Positions 17,111 to 26,114 of a DNA stretch of 32,000 nucleotides are shown piece after piece (within the stretch, counting starts at the first letter, position 1; the number at the start of each line of letters is the position of its first letter). The notes under the pieces were generated by a model that made no database searches, was not told the origin of the DNA, and saw only the letters and a program-made list of their open reading frames with translations. This DNA comes from Erysipelothrix inopinata (GTDB lineage: Bacteria; Bacillota_I; Bacilli_A; Erysipelotrichales; Erysipelotrichaceae): the NCBI RefSeq assembly GCF_014396165.1, contig NZ_CP060715.1, positions 450,001 to 482,000 on the forward strand. The letters run 5' to 3'. The position numbers were made by a program, and so were the translations under genes.

Positions 17111-18342
17111 TAGATTCTTTCTCCTCTTACTGGAAATTTACGTGTCATTGCTTTCACTTCATTTCCAATTCTTTCTAAAATTTCTTCATTTTCATAGTTT
17201 CTTAATGCTTCATCAATAAAATGAGCGGTCTTTTTAAACTCTTCAATGCCAAAGCCACGACTTGTCATAGCGGGTGATCCAAGACGAATACCACTTGTAA
17301 CAGCAGGGCGTTCTTTATCAAAAGGAATCGCGTTTTTATTGATGGTAATACCAATTCTATCGAGAATTTTCTCAGCGTGAGCTCCCGTCATTCCAAGACT
17401 TGCTTTAACATCTACAAGTACAAGGTGATTATCGGTGCCACCACTTACCAAACGATAATTTAAACTTTCAAGCTCTGTAGAAAGAATCTTTGCATTATCA
17501 ATAACTTGTTGTTGATAAACTTTAAATTCTGGTTGTAATGCTTCAAAGAAACAGACTGCTTTACCACCAATAACGTGCATCAATGGTCCCCCTTGAGTTC
17601 CAGGGAATACTGAGCGGTCCAGTTTCTTTGCATATTTACTCTTACAAATAATAGCGCCACCACGAGGTCCACGTAGTGTTTTATGAGTTGTGGTCGTTAC
17701 AAAGTCAGCATAAGGAACTGGTGATGGATGAAGTCCTGTTGCTACAAGACCTGCAATATGAGCCATATCTACCATTAGGTAAGCACCAACTTCATCAGCA
17801 ATTTCTCTAAATTTTGAGAAATCGATTGAACGTGCGTATGCACTAGCACCTGCAACAATTAGCTTTGGCTGAACTTCACGAGCAATCTCAAGAACTTTAT
17901 CATAATCAATCATTTCTGAATGAGGATCCACACCATATCCAAAGAAAGTATAGTTAATTCCAGAAAAGTTAAGATTGTGTCCGTGTGTTAAGTGACCACC
18001 CGAATTTAAATCCATACCCAATACGACATCGCCATGATCTAAGATTGTCATGTAGACAGCCATATTGGCTTGAGAACCACTGTGTGGTTGAACATTAACA
18101 TGCTCAGCACCATAAAGCTCTTTCATACGATCAATCGCAAGATTTTCCACGACATCAACGTATTCACAACCACCATAATATCGTTTCCCAGGGTAACCTT
18201 CCGCATATTTATTAGTTAATATACTTCCTGTTACTTCTAACACTTGATTAGAAACATAATTTTCAGAAGCAATCAGTTCGATATGTTCAAGTTGACGCTC
18301 TTCTTCAAGAGCAATAGCATCAAAAACTAAAGTATCTCGCAT
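17110..18342 (-). CDS. glyA: Serine hydroxymethyltransferase
   Basis: PLP-lysine motif [14 protein letters not shown]. The start is placed at the third codon of the ORF-track protein (ATG 18340-18342), 7 nt after GGAGG. This forms a TAATG overlap with the rpiB stop. Confidence 0.95.
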   Translation of the reverse strand: MRDTLVFDAIALEEERQLEHIELIASENYVSNQVLEVTGSILTNKYAEGYPGKRYYGGCEYVDVVENLAIDRMKELYGAEHVNVQPHSGSQANMAVYMTILDHGDVVLGMDLNSGGHLTHGHNLNFSGINYTFFGYGVDPHSEMIDYDKVLEIAREVQPKLIVAGASAYARSIDFSKFREIADEVGAYLMVDMAHIAGLVATGLHPSPVPYADFVTTTTHKTLRGPRGGAIICKSKYAKKLDRSVFPGTQGGPLMHVIGGKAVCFFEALQPEFKVYQQQVIDNAKILSTELESLNYRLVSGGTDNHLVLVDVKASLGMTGAHAEKILDRIGITINKNAIPFDKERPAVTSGIRLGSPAMTSRGFGIEEFKKTAHFIDEALRNYENEEILERIGNEVKAMTRKFPVRGERI

Positions 18343-18794
18343 TAACATTCCTCCTTTTGTTCGATATCTGCTAATTTGCAGATACGACGACTGTGTCGTG
18401 GGTCTTCACTAAACTCTGTGTTGATCCATGTTTTCATGATTTCAACATTTGTTTCGTAATCAGTAGTACGTCCTGCCATAGCAAGTACGTTTGAGTCATT
18501 ATGTTCACGTGTCAACTGAGCAACTTCTACACTTGTAACAAGCGCACATCTTACACCATGAACTTTATTTGCAGCAATTGAAGCTCCGATTCCAGTACCA
18601 CATAAAATTACACCACGATCGAATTCTTTATTTGCAACTGCTTTTGCAGCTGGATAAATTACATCTGGGTAATCTTGACTCTCTTCAGAGTGGACACCAT
18701 AATCATCAACTTCATGTCCCATATCCAACAACACTTGTTTCAAGCGTTCTTTTTGTTCAAATCCCCCATGATCACATGCCATTACTATTTTCAT
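18342..18794 (-). CDS. rpiB: Ribose-5-phosphate isomerase B
   Basis: 150 aa. [11 protein letters not shown]...[23 protein letters not shown] matches the RpiB/LacAB family. Confidence 0.9.
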   Translation of the reverse strand: MKIVMACDHGGFEQKERLKQVLLDMGHEVDDYGVHSEESQDYPDVIYPAAKAVANKEFDRGVILCGTGIGASIAANKVHGVRCALVTSVEVAQLTREHNDSNVLAMAGRTTDYETNVEIMKTWINTEFSEDPRHSRRICKLADIEQKEEC

Positions 18795-19405
18795 ATAACA
18801 TCCTCCTTCATCACTGTTTCTAATTTAATAATACCTTCTCTTAAGCAAACAATCTTTTCCTGCGTTAAATCAAAGACACTCGATGATTGTCCACCTGTAC
18901 ACACACCTTCCACAACGCCTTCAATACGACCCGATAGTTGTTCTAATACCATATCTGAATTAAGCGCTGTATCCAGTCCTGAACGATTTGCAGATGGTAA
19001 CCAAACTGGGTTTCCCACTTTATTAATTAAACTTTGAACCCATGGATCATCTGCCATTCGTATTCCAATTGTCTTCTGATCACCCAGGAAATCAAAGACA
19101 CCCTCTTTACGATTAAAGATAAATGTCACTGCCCCTGGCATAAACGTCTCAATTAGATGCTTTTCACGATCTGTAATTTGAGCTATCGACTCAATTTGAT
19201 CTAACGAACTTACCATTAACGGGAAAGGTTTTGTTTCCGGTCTTTCCTTGGCTTCCTTCAATTTCGTATAGTTCTCTGGTTCTTTACTGCTTGCAGCTAA
19301 ACCATATACCGTATCTGTTGCGATAGCGACCAATCCACCATCTGCAATAACACTTGCTATTTCTTCTATCTCACTTTTTGTATATACTTTTGTTTCCATA
19401 TTCAT
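18791..19405 (-). CDS. tsaC: L-threonylcarbamoyladenylate synthase, short YrdC-type (no Sua5 C-terminal domain)
   Basis: 204 aa. The motif PTDTVYGLAA appears here as ATDTVYGLAA. It occupies the position of B. subtilis ywlC in the conserved block. Confidence 0.82.
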   Translation of the reverse strand: MNMETKVYTKSEIEEIASVIADGGLVAIATDTVYGLAASSKEPENYTKLKEAKERPETKPFPLMVSSLDQIESIAQITDREKHLIETFMPGAVTFIFNRKEGVFDFLGDQKTIGIRMADDPWVQSLINKVGNPVWLPSANRSGLDTALNSDMVLEQLSGRIEGVVEGVCTGGQSSSVFDLTQEKIVCLREGIIKLETVMKEDVI

Positions 19406-19439
19406 CCCTCTTTACAGTATTTTATCACAAAAAAAGATA

Positions 19440-20291
19440 CTAATCTTGTGGATTAATACCTCTATAGACAAACACCATACGGTCAAGACCGTTCATGTCT
19501 TGACGTAATTCAATTTTTGAGTCCTTAAAATAGTGTTTTGCGAGTTCTACAACTGCGTCACCAATATCAAAACCAATCTCAAAAGCAATCATTGCTTTCT
19601 CATTGAGTACTTTATCTGCATTCTCTAAAACACGTCGGTAAAAGTATAAACCATCCTCGCCACCAAATAGGGCAACATGGGGTTCATAGGTTAATACAGA
19701 GCTTTGAATATGCTCCGTATTCTTAATATAAGGGGGATTACATACGAGAACATCAAGTTTAATATTTCTATCAATTAATGGCTCTAACATATCTCCTTGA
19801 TATATTTTTAAGTCAACATCATTTAATGTCGCATTTTTCTGCGCTACTTCTAATGCACCCTCGCTAATATCCGTTGCATAAACAGATTGATCGAGTTCCT
19901 TAGCCAAAGCAATACCAATTGCTCCACTACCACACGCAACATCTGCTACAACAGGATTAACAAAGTAATCATCAATATCACTTAAGACATATCCTACTAA
20001 TTCTTCTGTTTCTGAACGAGGAATCAACACATTCTCGTCAACAAGCATTTTATAACCATAAAACCACTCATAACCCAAGACGTATCCTAATGGAATGTCT
20101 TGAGTTAATAGTGCAATTTTTTCATGGTAAGCTTCTTGAAGAGTAGAACTTGCTTCTTGACTCATTTCTAAGTAAAGATCACGATTTTCTTCACGTAACA
20201 ACTCGAGCATTAAAACTCGGGAAAATCCCGCATAGATTTGATGTGATTCTAAAGTCTTAGTTCCTTCGTCCATTAATTCTTTAATTAACAT
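19440..20291 (-). CDS. prmC: Release-factor glutamine N5-methyltransferase
   Basis: SAM-binding DVACGSGAIG and the catalytic NPPY motif (VCNPPYI). It lies directly downstream of prfA. Confidence 0.9.
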   Translation of the reverse strand: MLIKELMDEGTKTLESHQIYAGFSRVLMLELLREENRDLYLEMSQEASSTLQEAYHEKIALLTQDIPLGYVLGYEWFYGYKMLVDENVLIPRSETEELVGYVLSDIDDYFVNPVVADVACGSGAIGIALAKELDQSVYATDISEGALEVAQKNATLNDVDLKIYQGDMLEPLIDRNIKLDVLVCNPPYIKNTEHIQSSVLTYEPHVALFGGEDGLYFYRRVLENADKVLNEKAMIAFEIGFDIGDAVVELAKHYFKDSKIELRQDMNGLDRMVFVYRGINPQD

Positions 20292-21373
20292 TATACGCCT
20301 CGTTCAAGTATCTCTTTTTGTTCTTCTTCTAATAATGCGTCGATGAATTCACCCAATCGACCTTCCATAACCATGTCCAATTTTTGGAGTGTAAGACCAA
20401 TTCGGTGATCACTAACACGGTTTTGTGGATAGTTATACGTTCTAATTTTTTCAGAACGATCACCACGCCCAATTTTTGATTGTCGTGATTGATTTCTTTC
20501 TTCGTCTGCTTTTCTTTGGTATTCCTCAAAGACGCGCGCACGAATTAATCGCATTGCTTTATCTTTGTTATCATGTTGTGAACGACCATCTTGGCACTTC
20601 ACAGCAATACCTGTAGGCTTATGAACAATACGAACTGCTGAGTCAGTCTTATTAACGTGTTGTCCACCAGCACCACTGGAACGCATTGTATCAATTTCTA
20701 AATCATTTGGATCGATATCTACTTCTTCCTCTTCAACATCCGCTAGTACAAGCACAGTTGCAGTAGAAGTATGGATACGCCCTTGTGTTTCAGTCTTCGG
20801 TACACGTTGAACACGATGTGCTCCTGATTCAAATTTAAAGTGACGATACGGTTCAGCACCTTTAACTACAAATGAGATTAATGTATAGCCGCCAGCTTCA
20901 GCATCTTGAGCTTCAATAATTTCATATTTATAGCCCAAGCTTTCAGCATAACGCGTATACATACGATAAAGGTCTCCTGCAAAGATATTTCCTTCATCGC
21001 CACCAGCAGCCCCACGAATTTCAACGATTGCATCGTATGAATCACTTGGATCACGTGGAATTAATAATACACGTAACTCTTCAATTAATGTTTCTAATTT
21101 TTCTTTGTACTCTTGGACTTCCATTTGAGCCATTTCTTTCATTTCGGCATCTTCTTCTATTTCTAAAAGTTCAGACGCTTGTTTGTAGAAATCCTCAGCC
21201 TCTAAATAACTATTATATGATGTGAGAACTTGTTGTAACGAAGATTGTTCTTTACCAAGTTTCGCCATCTGTTTTCTATCGCCCAACACTTCTGGAGTCA
21301 TCATTAAATCTGTGATTTCTAAATCACGATTTTTGATTGTTTCCAAGCGTGTGCGCATTGTACTTTCCATCAT
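20291..21373 (-). CDS. prfA: Peptide chain release factor 1
   Basis: GGQ motif in SGAGGQHVNKTDSAVRI. The start is placed at ATG 21373 (MMESTMRTRLE), 5 nt after GAAGGTGA. The track start at 21400 would overlap tdk. Confidence 0.93.
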   Translation of the reverse strand: MMESTMRTRLETIKNRDLEITDLMMTPEVLGDRKQMAKLGKEQSSLQQVLTSYNSYLEAEDFYKQASELLEIEEDAEMKEMAQMEVQEYKEKLETLIEELRVLLIPRDPSDSYDAIVEIRGAAGGDEGNIFAGDLYRMYTRYAESLGYKYEIIEAQDAEAGGYTLISFVVKGAEPYRHFKFESGAHRVQRVPKTETQGRIHTSTATVLVLADVEEEEVDIDPNDLEIDTMRSSGAGGQHVNKTDSAVRIVHKPTGIAVKCQDGRSQHDNKDKAMRLIRARVFEEYQRKADEERNQSRQSKIGRGDRSEKIRTYNYPQNRVSDHRIGLTLQKLDMVMEGRLGEFIDALLEEEQKEILERGV

Positions 21374-21374
21374 T

Positions 21375-21986
21375 TTATTCACCTTCTTTATATCTATCAA
21401 TGGTTGGTTTGTCTAAGACGATATGGTCATGTCGACAACGTGCTTCATAAGACTCGCTCGCACCGATTAATACGGTCGGATCATTATAGGATGCGGGTTC
21501 ACCATTAACGAGTCGTTGTGTACGTGTTGCGGGAGCACCACACTTCGTACATACAGCTGTTAGTTTCGTAACAAATTCCGCAGTAGTCATTAATTTAGGA
21601 ATAACCCCAAAAGGTTCTCCACGAAAGTCCATATCCAAGCCTGCAACCATAACACGCTTTCCTAACAAGGCGAGATGATCACAAACCATTGTGATTTCAT
21701 CATCAAAAAATTGAACTTCATCAATGGCAACAACATCAGTTTCATCACTGATATGATCCAATATTTCTACAGCTGTTTTCACAACAATACTTTCTACTTT
21801 AGTACCTGAATGTGAAACAACTTCTGAGTAACTATAGCGATTATCGATTTCCGGTTTAAATACTAAAATATTCTTATTAGCATACTTTAATACATTAATA
21901 CGACGGATTAACTCTTCCGTCTTTCCAGCAAACATACAACCTGTTATAACTTCAATATAACCTTCTTGATATTGATGATACATCAT
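21375..21986 (-). CDS. tdk: Thymidine kinase
   Basis: P-loop [11 protein letters not shown] and zinc-ribbon cysteines (CTKCG...CRHDH). The length is typical of type II TK. Confidence 0.95.
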   Translation of the reverse strand: MMYHQYQEGYIEVITGCMFAGKTEELIRRINVLKYANKNILVFKPEIDNRYSYSEVVSHSGTKVESIVVKTAVEILDHISDETDVVAIDEVQFFDDEITMVCDHLALLGKRVMVAGLDMDFRGEPFGVIPKLMTTAEFVTKLTAVCTKCGAPATRTQRLVNGEPASYNDPTVLIGASESYEARCRHDHIVLDKPTIDRYKEGE

Positions 21987-22026
21987 AATTTTTCCACCTC
22001 TTACGTACTATTTTATCCTATTTGAC

Positions 22027-22052
22027 CAAAAAAAATAAGGGATATCCCTTAT
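22027..22052 (-). terminator. Intrinsic terminator (probably partial) after rpmE
   Basis: The palindrome AUAAGGGAUAUCCCUUAU overlaps the stop codon and is followed by U8 on the minus strand. Confidence 0.55.
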
Positions 22053-22252
22053 TTTAAACCATATTTTTTGTTGAACTTGTCAATACGTCCAGCAGCATTC
22101 GCAAAGCGTTGTTTTCCAGTATAGAATGGATGACAGTTTGAACATGTATCCACACGTAAGTCTGTTGCTGTTGATCCTACTTCAATTTCAGTATTGCATG
22201 ATGTACATACAATCTTGGTTTTATTGTATTCAGGATGAATTCCTTTTTTCAT
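22049..22252 (-). CDS. rpmE: 50S ribosomal protein L31, Zn-ribbon (C+) form
   Basis: 67 aa. MKKGIHPEY...CTSCN...[10 protein letters not shown], with both CxxC pairs present. Confidence 0.95.
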   Translation of the reverse strand: MKKGIHPEYNKTKIVCTSCNTEIEVGSTATDLRVDTCSNCHPFYTGKQRFANAAGRIDKFNKKYGLK

Positions 22253-22345
22253 TCTTCAAGTCTCCTTCCGCCTAAGACACTTTCATATCTTAGATAAGTG
22301 CTATGATATAATACCATAATCACTGAGGTTACGCAATAATTTTAA

Positions 22346-22708
22346 TTACTTTCTTGATGAGTTACGATTGTTTTCAAATCGACCTTCACGATCACAACAA
22401 TCATTGCGATTATCACCACGACGTGACCCTCTCATCGAGCGATGATGACCGGATTCATTATCCGTCATATGGTCATTACCATTCATATGATTTCTTCCGT
22501 TCATATGATTTTCATCATTCATGTGATCTTCATGATTTTCAAAATCTTCATCTGTCATGTGATTGTTGTTGTTATGACGCTCTGTCATAACTTCACGATC
22601 TGTATCATTTCCATTAATCATATCTGATGCTGCAGAAATTGTAAGTGGATTTACTAGAAGTATTGCAACTAGTGCCATTGCAGTTAAAATGCTGTATTTT
22701 TTATTCAT
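22346..22708 (-). CDS. Secreted low-complexity His/Met/Asn/Asp-rich repeat protein of unknown function
   Basis: Signal peptide MNKKYSILTAMALVAILLVNPLTISA. The mature region has no hydrophobic core and carries five (N/D)HM(T/N)(D/G) repeats, a GHH and a CC pair. RBS AAGGAG lies 6 nt before the ATG, and the gene has its own promoter. Confidence 0.6.
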   Translation of the reverse strand: MNKKYSILTAMALVAILLVNPLTISAASDMINGNDTDREVMTERHNNNNHMTDEDFENHEDHMNDENHMNGRNHMNGNDHMTDNESGHHRSMRGSRRGDNRNDCCDREGRFENNRNSSRK

Positions 22709-22750
22709 ACGAACTCCTTCTTATATATATCCCCTCATTACTTCCACAAT

Positions 22751-22779
22751 ATTATACCACGTATGGTTGTGTAAGTGAA
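22751..22779 (-). promoter_or_regulatory. Sigma-A-like promoter with extended -10 for the His-rich protein gene
   Basis: Minus strand TTCACT-N17-(TGg)TATAAT. The -10 is at plus 22751-22756 and the -35 at plus 22774-22779. Confidence 0.45.
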
Positions 22780-22852
22780 TGTTCGTACTATTTAGCAATA
22801 AACTAAAAAGCGATTCATAACTTTATGATAGTCACGCTCGCTTTTACTTCGA

Positions 22853-23026
22853 TTATTTATTTTTTTTAGTAATTATTCTTATTACGATCAAACTACCAAC
22901 GACAAGTGTTGCCGAACTGATTAGATATTGTTTCTCAGTCATATAAAGCGGTACTACTTGACTATATATAATAGTAAATACTGCTACAAAAATAACAATT
23001 ACAATATAACTCTTCCAGTCTTTCAT
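22853..23026 (-). CDS. Unannotated 57-aa two-helix membrane protein
   Basis: ATG at 23026 lies 6 nt after AGGTGGA. Product MKDWKSYIVIVIFVAVFTIIYSQVVPLYMTEKQYLISSATLVVGSLIVIRIITKKNK, with TAA at 22853-22855. It is below the ORF-track cutoff. It lies 45 nt downstream of the surface protein gene. Confidence 0.45.
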   Translation of the reverse strand: MKDWKSYIVIVIFVAVFTIIYSQVVPLYMTEKQYLISSATLVVGSLIVIRIITKKNK

Positions 23027-23071
23027 GAACCGTCCACCTACTTTTCAAATTAATATCTATTATTTGAGTGT

Positions 23072-24148
23072 CTATTTCCGTTTCTTTTTCAGGTATGTAT
23101 GAACACCAAACGCTCCTGCAGCAGCTCCGGTAGCAGTGACAGCCACTCCAACAGCAACCGATCCGCTACTCTCAACTTCTAAGGGAATAGAAAATCGTCC
23201 ACTGAGAGTAGTAACTTCTATTATGTTTTCTTCTTCATTAAACTCCAACTCTTTTCCACCGATTGAAGTATCATTCACTTTCAATCCTTGAATATTAAAT
23301 TTTTTAATATGTTTATAATCTTTATTAGAAATTTTCATGAAATTTCCACCTGGAGACAATTCAATATTTTCTCCACTTGAAATTACTGTAATTTTATAAT
23401 CATCAAATTTCATGTTTTCATCAATATATATAATTGAATAAACATATTTTTTTGATTTTGATTCATCTTCTGAAGTAACTTCAACATTGATTTTAGATTC
23501 TTTAAAATTTTCTGATTTATCCATTTCCACTTTATAACTTGCATCTTTGTTTTTTAAATCAACTTGAATATTCGTTGGAAATGGCTGTTCCGCTAGATAT
23601 ATATTGCTTTGATTCAAATTCAAAGGAACAAAGCCCTTCGTTTTTGTTTCGAGTTTTATATTATCAATCTCTACACTCTCAAGGCGTTCTTTTTCTTCTT
23701 TAGCACGTTGTTCTTCCTCAAGACGTTCTTTCTCTAGTCTTTCCGCTTCCAGTTTTTCAGCTTCTAATCTTTCCGCTTCAATTCTTTCGTCCTCAATCCT
23801 TTTTGCTTCTGCTTTCTCTGCCGCGATTCTTTCATTTTCTACTCGAGCAGCTTCTGACTTTTCAGCAGCAACTCGTTTTTGTTCCGAATTGTTTGATGCA
23901 GGTGCGGGTGCTGAACCACCACCACAAGGATTAGAGTAACCAAGGTTATCACCATCAGGATAATAACGATTACCTTTTTTTGATGCACGATGCCAGTGAT
24001 TATCTGGACCATGGCTGCCATACAATTGTCCATTACAACTCACTACATTACCTGAACTTATTTGACCACCACTTGCCTCAATACTCATTCCAAAAGTGAT
24101 GAACATTAACATTGCTAGAAGTGATACCTTTATTTTACGATTCTTCAT
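23072..24148 (-). CDS. Cell-surface protein: signal peptide, Cys/His module, Glu/Arg/Ala-rich coiled coil, beta-rich domain, C-terminal membrane anchor
   Basis: Signal sequence [25 protein letters not shown]. Then [18 protein letters not shown]...NPCGGG. Then (A/I)E(K/R)(L/A)EAE(R/K) heptad-like repeats. The C-terminus has [25 protein letters not shown] followed by KKKRK. Confidence 0.7.
   Translation of the reverse strand: MKNRKIKVSLLAMLMFITFGMSIEASGGQISSGNVVSCNGQLYGSHGPDNHWHRASKKGNRYYPDGDNLGYSNPCGGGSAPAPASNNSEQKRVAAEKSEAARVENERIAAEKAEAKRIEDERIEAERLEAEKLEAERLEKERLEEEQRAKEEKERLESVEIDNIKLETKTKGFVPLNLNQSNIYLAEQPFPTNIQVDLKNKDASYKVEMDKSENFKESKINVEVTSEDESKSKKYVYSIIYIDENMKFDDYKITVISSGENIELSPGGNFMKISNKDYKHIKKFNIQGLKVNDTSIGGKELEFNEEENIIEVTTLSGRFSIPLEVESSGSVAVGVAVTATGAAAGAFGVHTYLKKKRK
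23680..23875 (-). repeat. Imperfect short tandem coding repeats (ER/EK coiled-coil segment)
   Basis: Reiterated CTTTCCGCTTC / TTTTCAGCTTC-type units encode [52 protein letters not shown]. Confidence 0.5.
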
Positions 24149-24272
24149 GTTTCCTCCAAGATATTCCCTATCATCATGAATTTCATACGCTATTACTTTA
24201 TTGCAACTACGAGTTTATCCTCACTAATGAATTTTATCCTTTATAATTAACTTAACAAAGGAGATACTCACC

Positions 24273-24902
24273 ATGAAAATAATAGATCTTTCACACCCTC
24301 TCAATGATCATACCCCAACATATCCTGGAGATCCAAAAACAGTAATTAAAGAAATTACTTCATTAAAAAAAGATGGATACTTAACAACACGACTCACTAC
24401 GTCACTCCATAATGGGACACACGTTGATTCACCATGTCATTTATCTGATAATACAAAGCACATTGATGACTACTCTCTTGATACTTTCATTGGTACGCCA
24501 ACGATTATTAAAACATCTGATCCAATCATTGATTTAACACAGAGTATTCAAGATACTATCTCAAATTCTAAGATAGTCATTTTCCAAACAAACTACGATA
24601 CTTATTATGGTACTGATGATTACTACAGCAACCATCCTATCATTACGCTGTCTCTTGCTGATGCCTTAATTGATGCAGGAGTCAAAGTAGTAGGGTTTGA
24701 TTCTCCTTCTCCAGACAAGGATCCCTTTGAAGTTCATCAACACCTTTTTAATCATGATGTTTTGATTGTGGAAAACTTAACCAATCTCGCATCATTAGAA
24801 GATTATAAAGACATTGTTATCCACATGGTTCCTTTAAGAATTCACGCAGAAGCATCTCTCATACGTGCTTACGCTATTGTGGACGACGAGAAGCCATTCT
24901 AA
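24273..24902 (+). CDS. Cyclase-family protein (kynurenine formamidase-like)
   Basis: 209 aa. IDLSHPL and HNGTHVDSPCH match the HxGTHxDxPxH metal-binding motif of the putative cyclase / arylformamidase family. Confidence 0.78.
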   Translation: MKIIDLSHPLNDHTPTYPGDPKTVIKEITSLKKDGYLTTRLTTSLHNGTHVDSPCHLSDNTKHIDDYSLDTFIGTPTIIKTSDPIIDLTQSIQDTISNSKIVIFQTNYDTYYGTDDYYSNHPIITLSLADALIDAGVKVVGFDSPSPDKDPFEVHQHLFNHDVLIVENLTNLASLEDYKDIVIHMVPLRIHAEASLIRAYAIVDDEKPF

Positions 24903-25332
24903 CAAAGAAGCGGTAGAACACTTCAACCATAACAATCGCAAGTGCTATCGATACTGAAATTGAGAATGTTTTGACGATTAATCCCATTCCTAAAATGTAA
25001 TCACCACTTACAAATGCGTTAACGGTTTGATAAGCTGCAATCCCTGGAACGAGTGGAAAAACACCTGGAATATTAAAGGTTGTAGCAGGCATACGGTTTT
25101 TCTTAGCAAAATAGATTGACAAGAATGATACGAAAATTGATCCGATAAACACAGCGATAATCTGACTGACTCCCAGTTGCATTAGAATCCAAGCGCTAAT
25201 CCAACCAGCCATTCCAGTAAAGCCACAGTTAAACAACACTTTTCTCGGAACATTTACGATAATGCCGAAGAAAAATGCTGATACAAAACTACTTAATGCT
25301 TGTACTAAGACTCTCATATCCATATTCATCAC
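24874..25332 (-). CDS. Threonine/serine exporter family protein, small subunit (YjjB/DUF3815-like)
   Basis: 152-aa four- to five-helix membrane protein. It immediately follows its YjjP-like partner with no gap. Confidence 0.75.
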   Translation of the reverse strand: MMNMDMRVLVQALSSFVSAFFFGIIVNVPRKVLFNCGFTGMAGWISAWILMQLGVSQIIAVFIGSIFVSFLSIYFAKKNRMPATTFNIPGVFPLVPGIAAYQTVNAFVSGDYILGMGLIVKTFSISVSIALAIVMVEVFYRFFVRMASRRPQ

Positions 25333-26085
25333 CTAAAACATCTTGAGTGCAGACATTACGCCTGCCCCAATCATCCCTGCTATTACCATAGCTTCCATCA
25401 TAAATACAGTTCCAGAAATTGTGTTACCTGCTAAAAAGTCACGGATTGAATTCATAATTTGAATTCCAGGAACCAATATTATAATGCTTCCAATAATGAC
25501 TGTATCGGGATTGGTAACCAAACCGAGTTGATTCAAGCCATTAGCCAGAAGCGCCATTAGGAAGGTAGCTACAAATTCTTGGATAAATCGTGCTTTCATA
25601 ACTCTTGCAAGATAAGAGTAAAAACTATATCCTAAAGCACCAATCAACATCGTAATACCAATATCTTGAAATGAACCCTCGAACAGAAGCATCATGAAGC
25701 CACTAATCAATCCTGAACTGACGATCTTTAGCCAGTATGGAAAGTCGGCTTCATTTTTTTCAAGTTCGGTTAGCGCGTCATACAACTCATCAACTGATAA
25801 ATCTTGAGCACTAAATTGTCTCGATAAGCTATTTACTTCAACGATCATTTCTAAGTTTTGACGACGTTTCACGATTCGCTTCATTTTCGTTGTTCTACCA
25901 TAACGAGTCGTAACAAAAATCCCAGTTGGAATTACAAAGCTCATTGCTTCCCCATCGCCATGTCGTACATCTAAAATGCGATTCATTGTATCTTCTACAC
26001 GATGCATCTCGGCACCATTTTCCATTAATATCTTGCCTGCAATCATGCAAGCATCCATTAATTTTTCTTCATCTAAGAAATCCAC
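25333..26085 (-). CDS. Threonine/serine exporter family protein, large subunit (YjjP/ThrE N-domain, DUF1212-like)
   Basis: AGKILMENGAEMHRVEDTMNRI is the family-typical N-terminal motif. GTG start at 26085 follows GGGGTGG. An ATG ten codons downstream is an alternative start. Confidence 0.75.
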   Translation of the reverse strand: MDFLDEEKLMDACMIAGKILMENGAEMHRVEDTMNRILDVRHGDGEAMSFVIPTGIFVTTRYGRTTKMKRIVKRRQNLEMIVEVNSLSRQFSAQDLSVDELYDALTELEKNEADFPYWLKIVSSGLISGFMMLLFEGSFQDIGITMLIGALGYSFYSYLARVMKARFIQEFVATFLMALLANGLNQLGLVTNPDTVIIGSIIILVPGIQIMNSIRDFLAGNTISGTVFMMEAMVIAGMIGAGVMSALKMF

Positions 26086-26114
26086 ACTACCACCCCGCTA
26101 ACATTAACTCTATT

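Noticed and set aside
18569-19037. Plus-strand ORFs 18569-18823 and 18675-19037 across rpiB and tsaC. Similar cases: 13398-13586, 15226-15453, 16611-16814, 20329-20541, 21028-21416, 23839-24033 and 25926-26189.
   Set aside because: All lie within or antisense to conserved housekeeping or membrane genes and lack an SD sequence. They are treated as frame artefacts of AT-rich DNA.
21374-21400. Nine-codon N-terminal extension of prfA overlapping tdk
   Set aside because: ATG 21373 has a GAAGGTGA RBS at ideal spacing and starts right after the tdk stop. The longer form lacks an RBS.
16293-22345. T-box, PyrR or other leader elements within the rpmE-to-upp block
   Set aside because: The genes are tightly packed, with overlaps or gaps under 65 nt. 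No intergenic space is long enough for such elements, apart from short hairpins already called as terminators.
22354-22627. Plus-strand ORFs antisense to the His-rich protein gene, themselves His/Asp/Cys-rich
   Set aside because: They mirror the repetitive codons of the minus-strand gene. Only the minus-strand frame has a signal peptide, an RBS and a promoter.
22049-22708. Functional link between the His-rich protein and the adjacent L31 gene via zinc (Zur) regulation
   Set aside because: This L31 is the Zn-ribbon C+ form, which belongs to the housekeeping operon. I could not find a Zur-box-like palindrome in either upstream region. The adjacency is probably coincidental.
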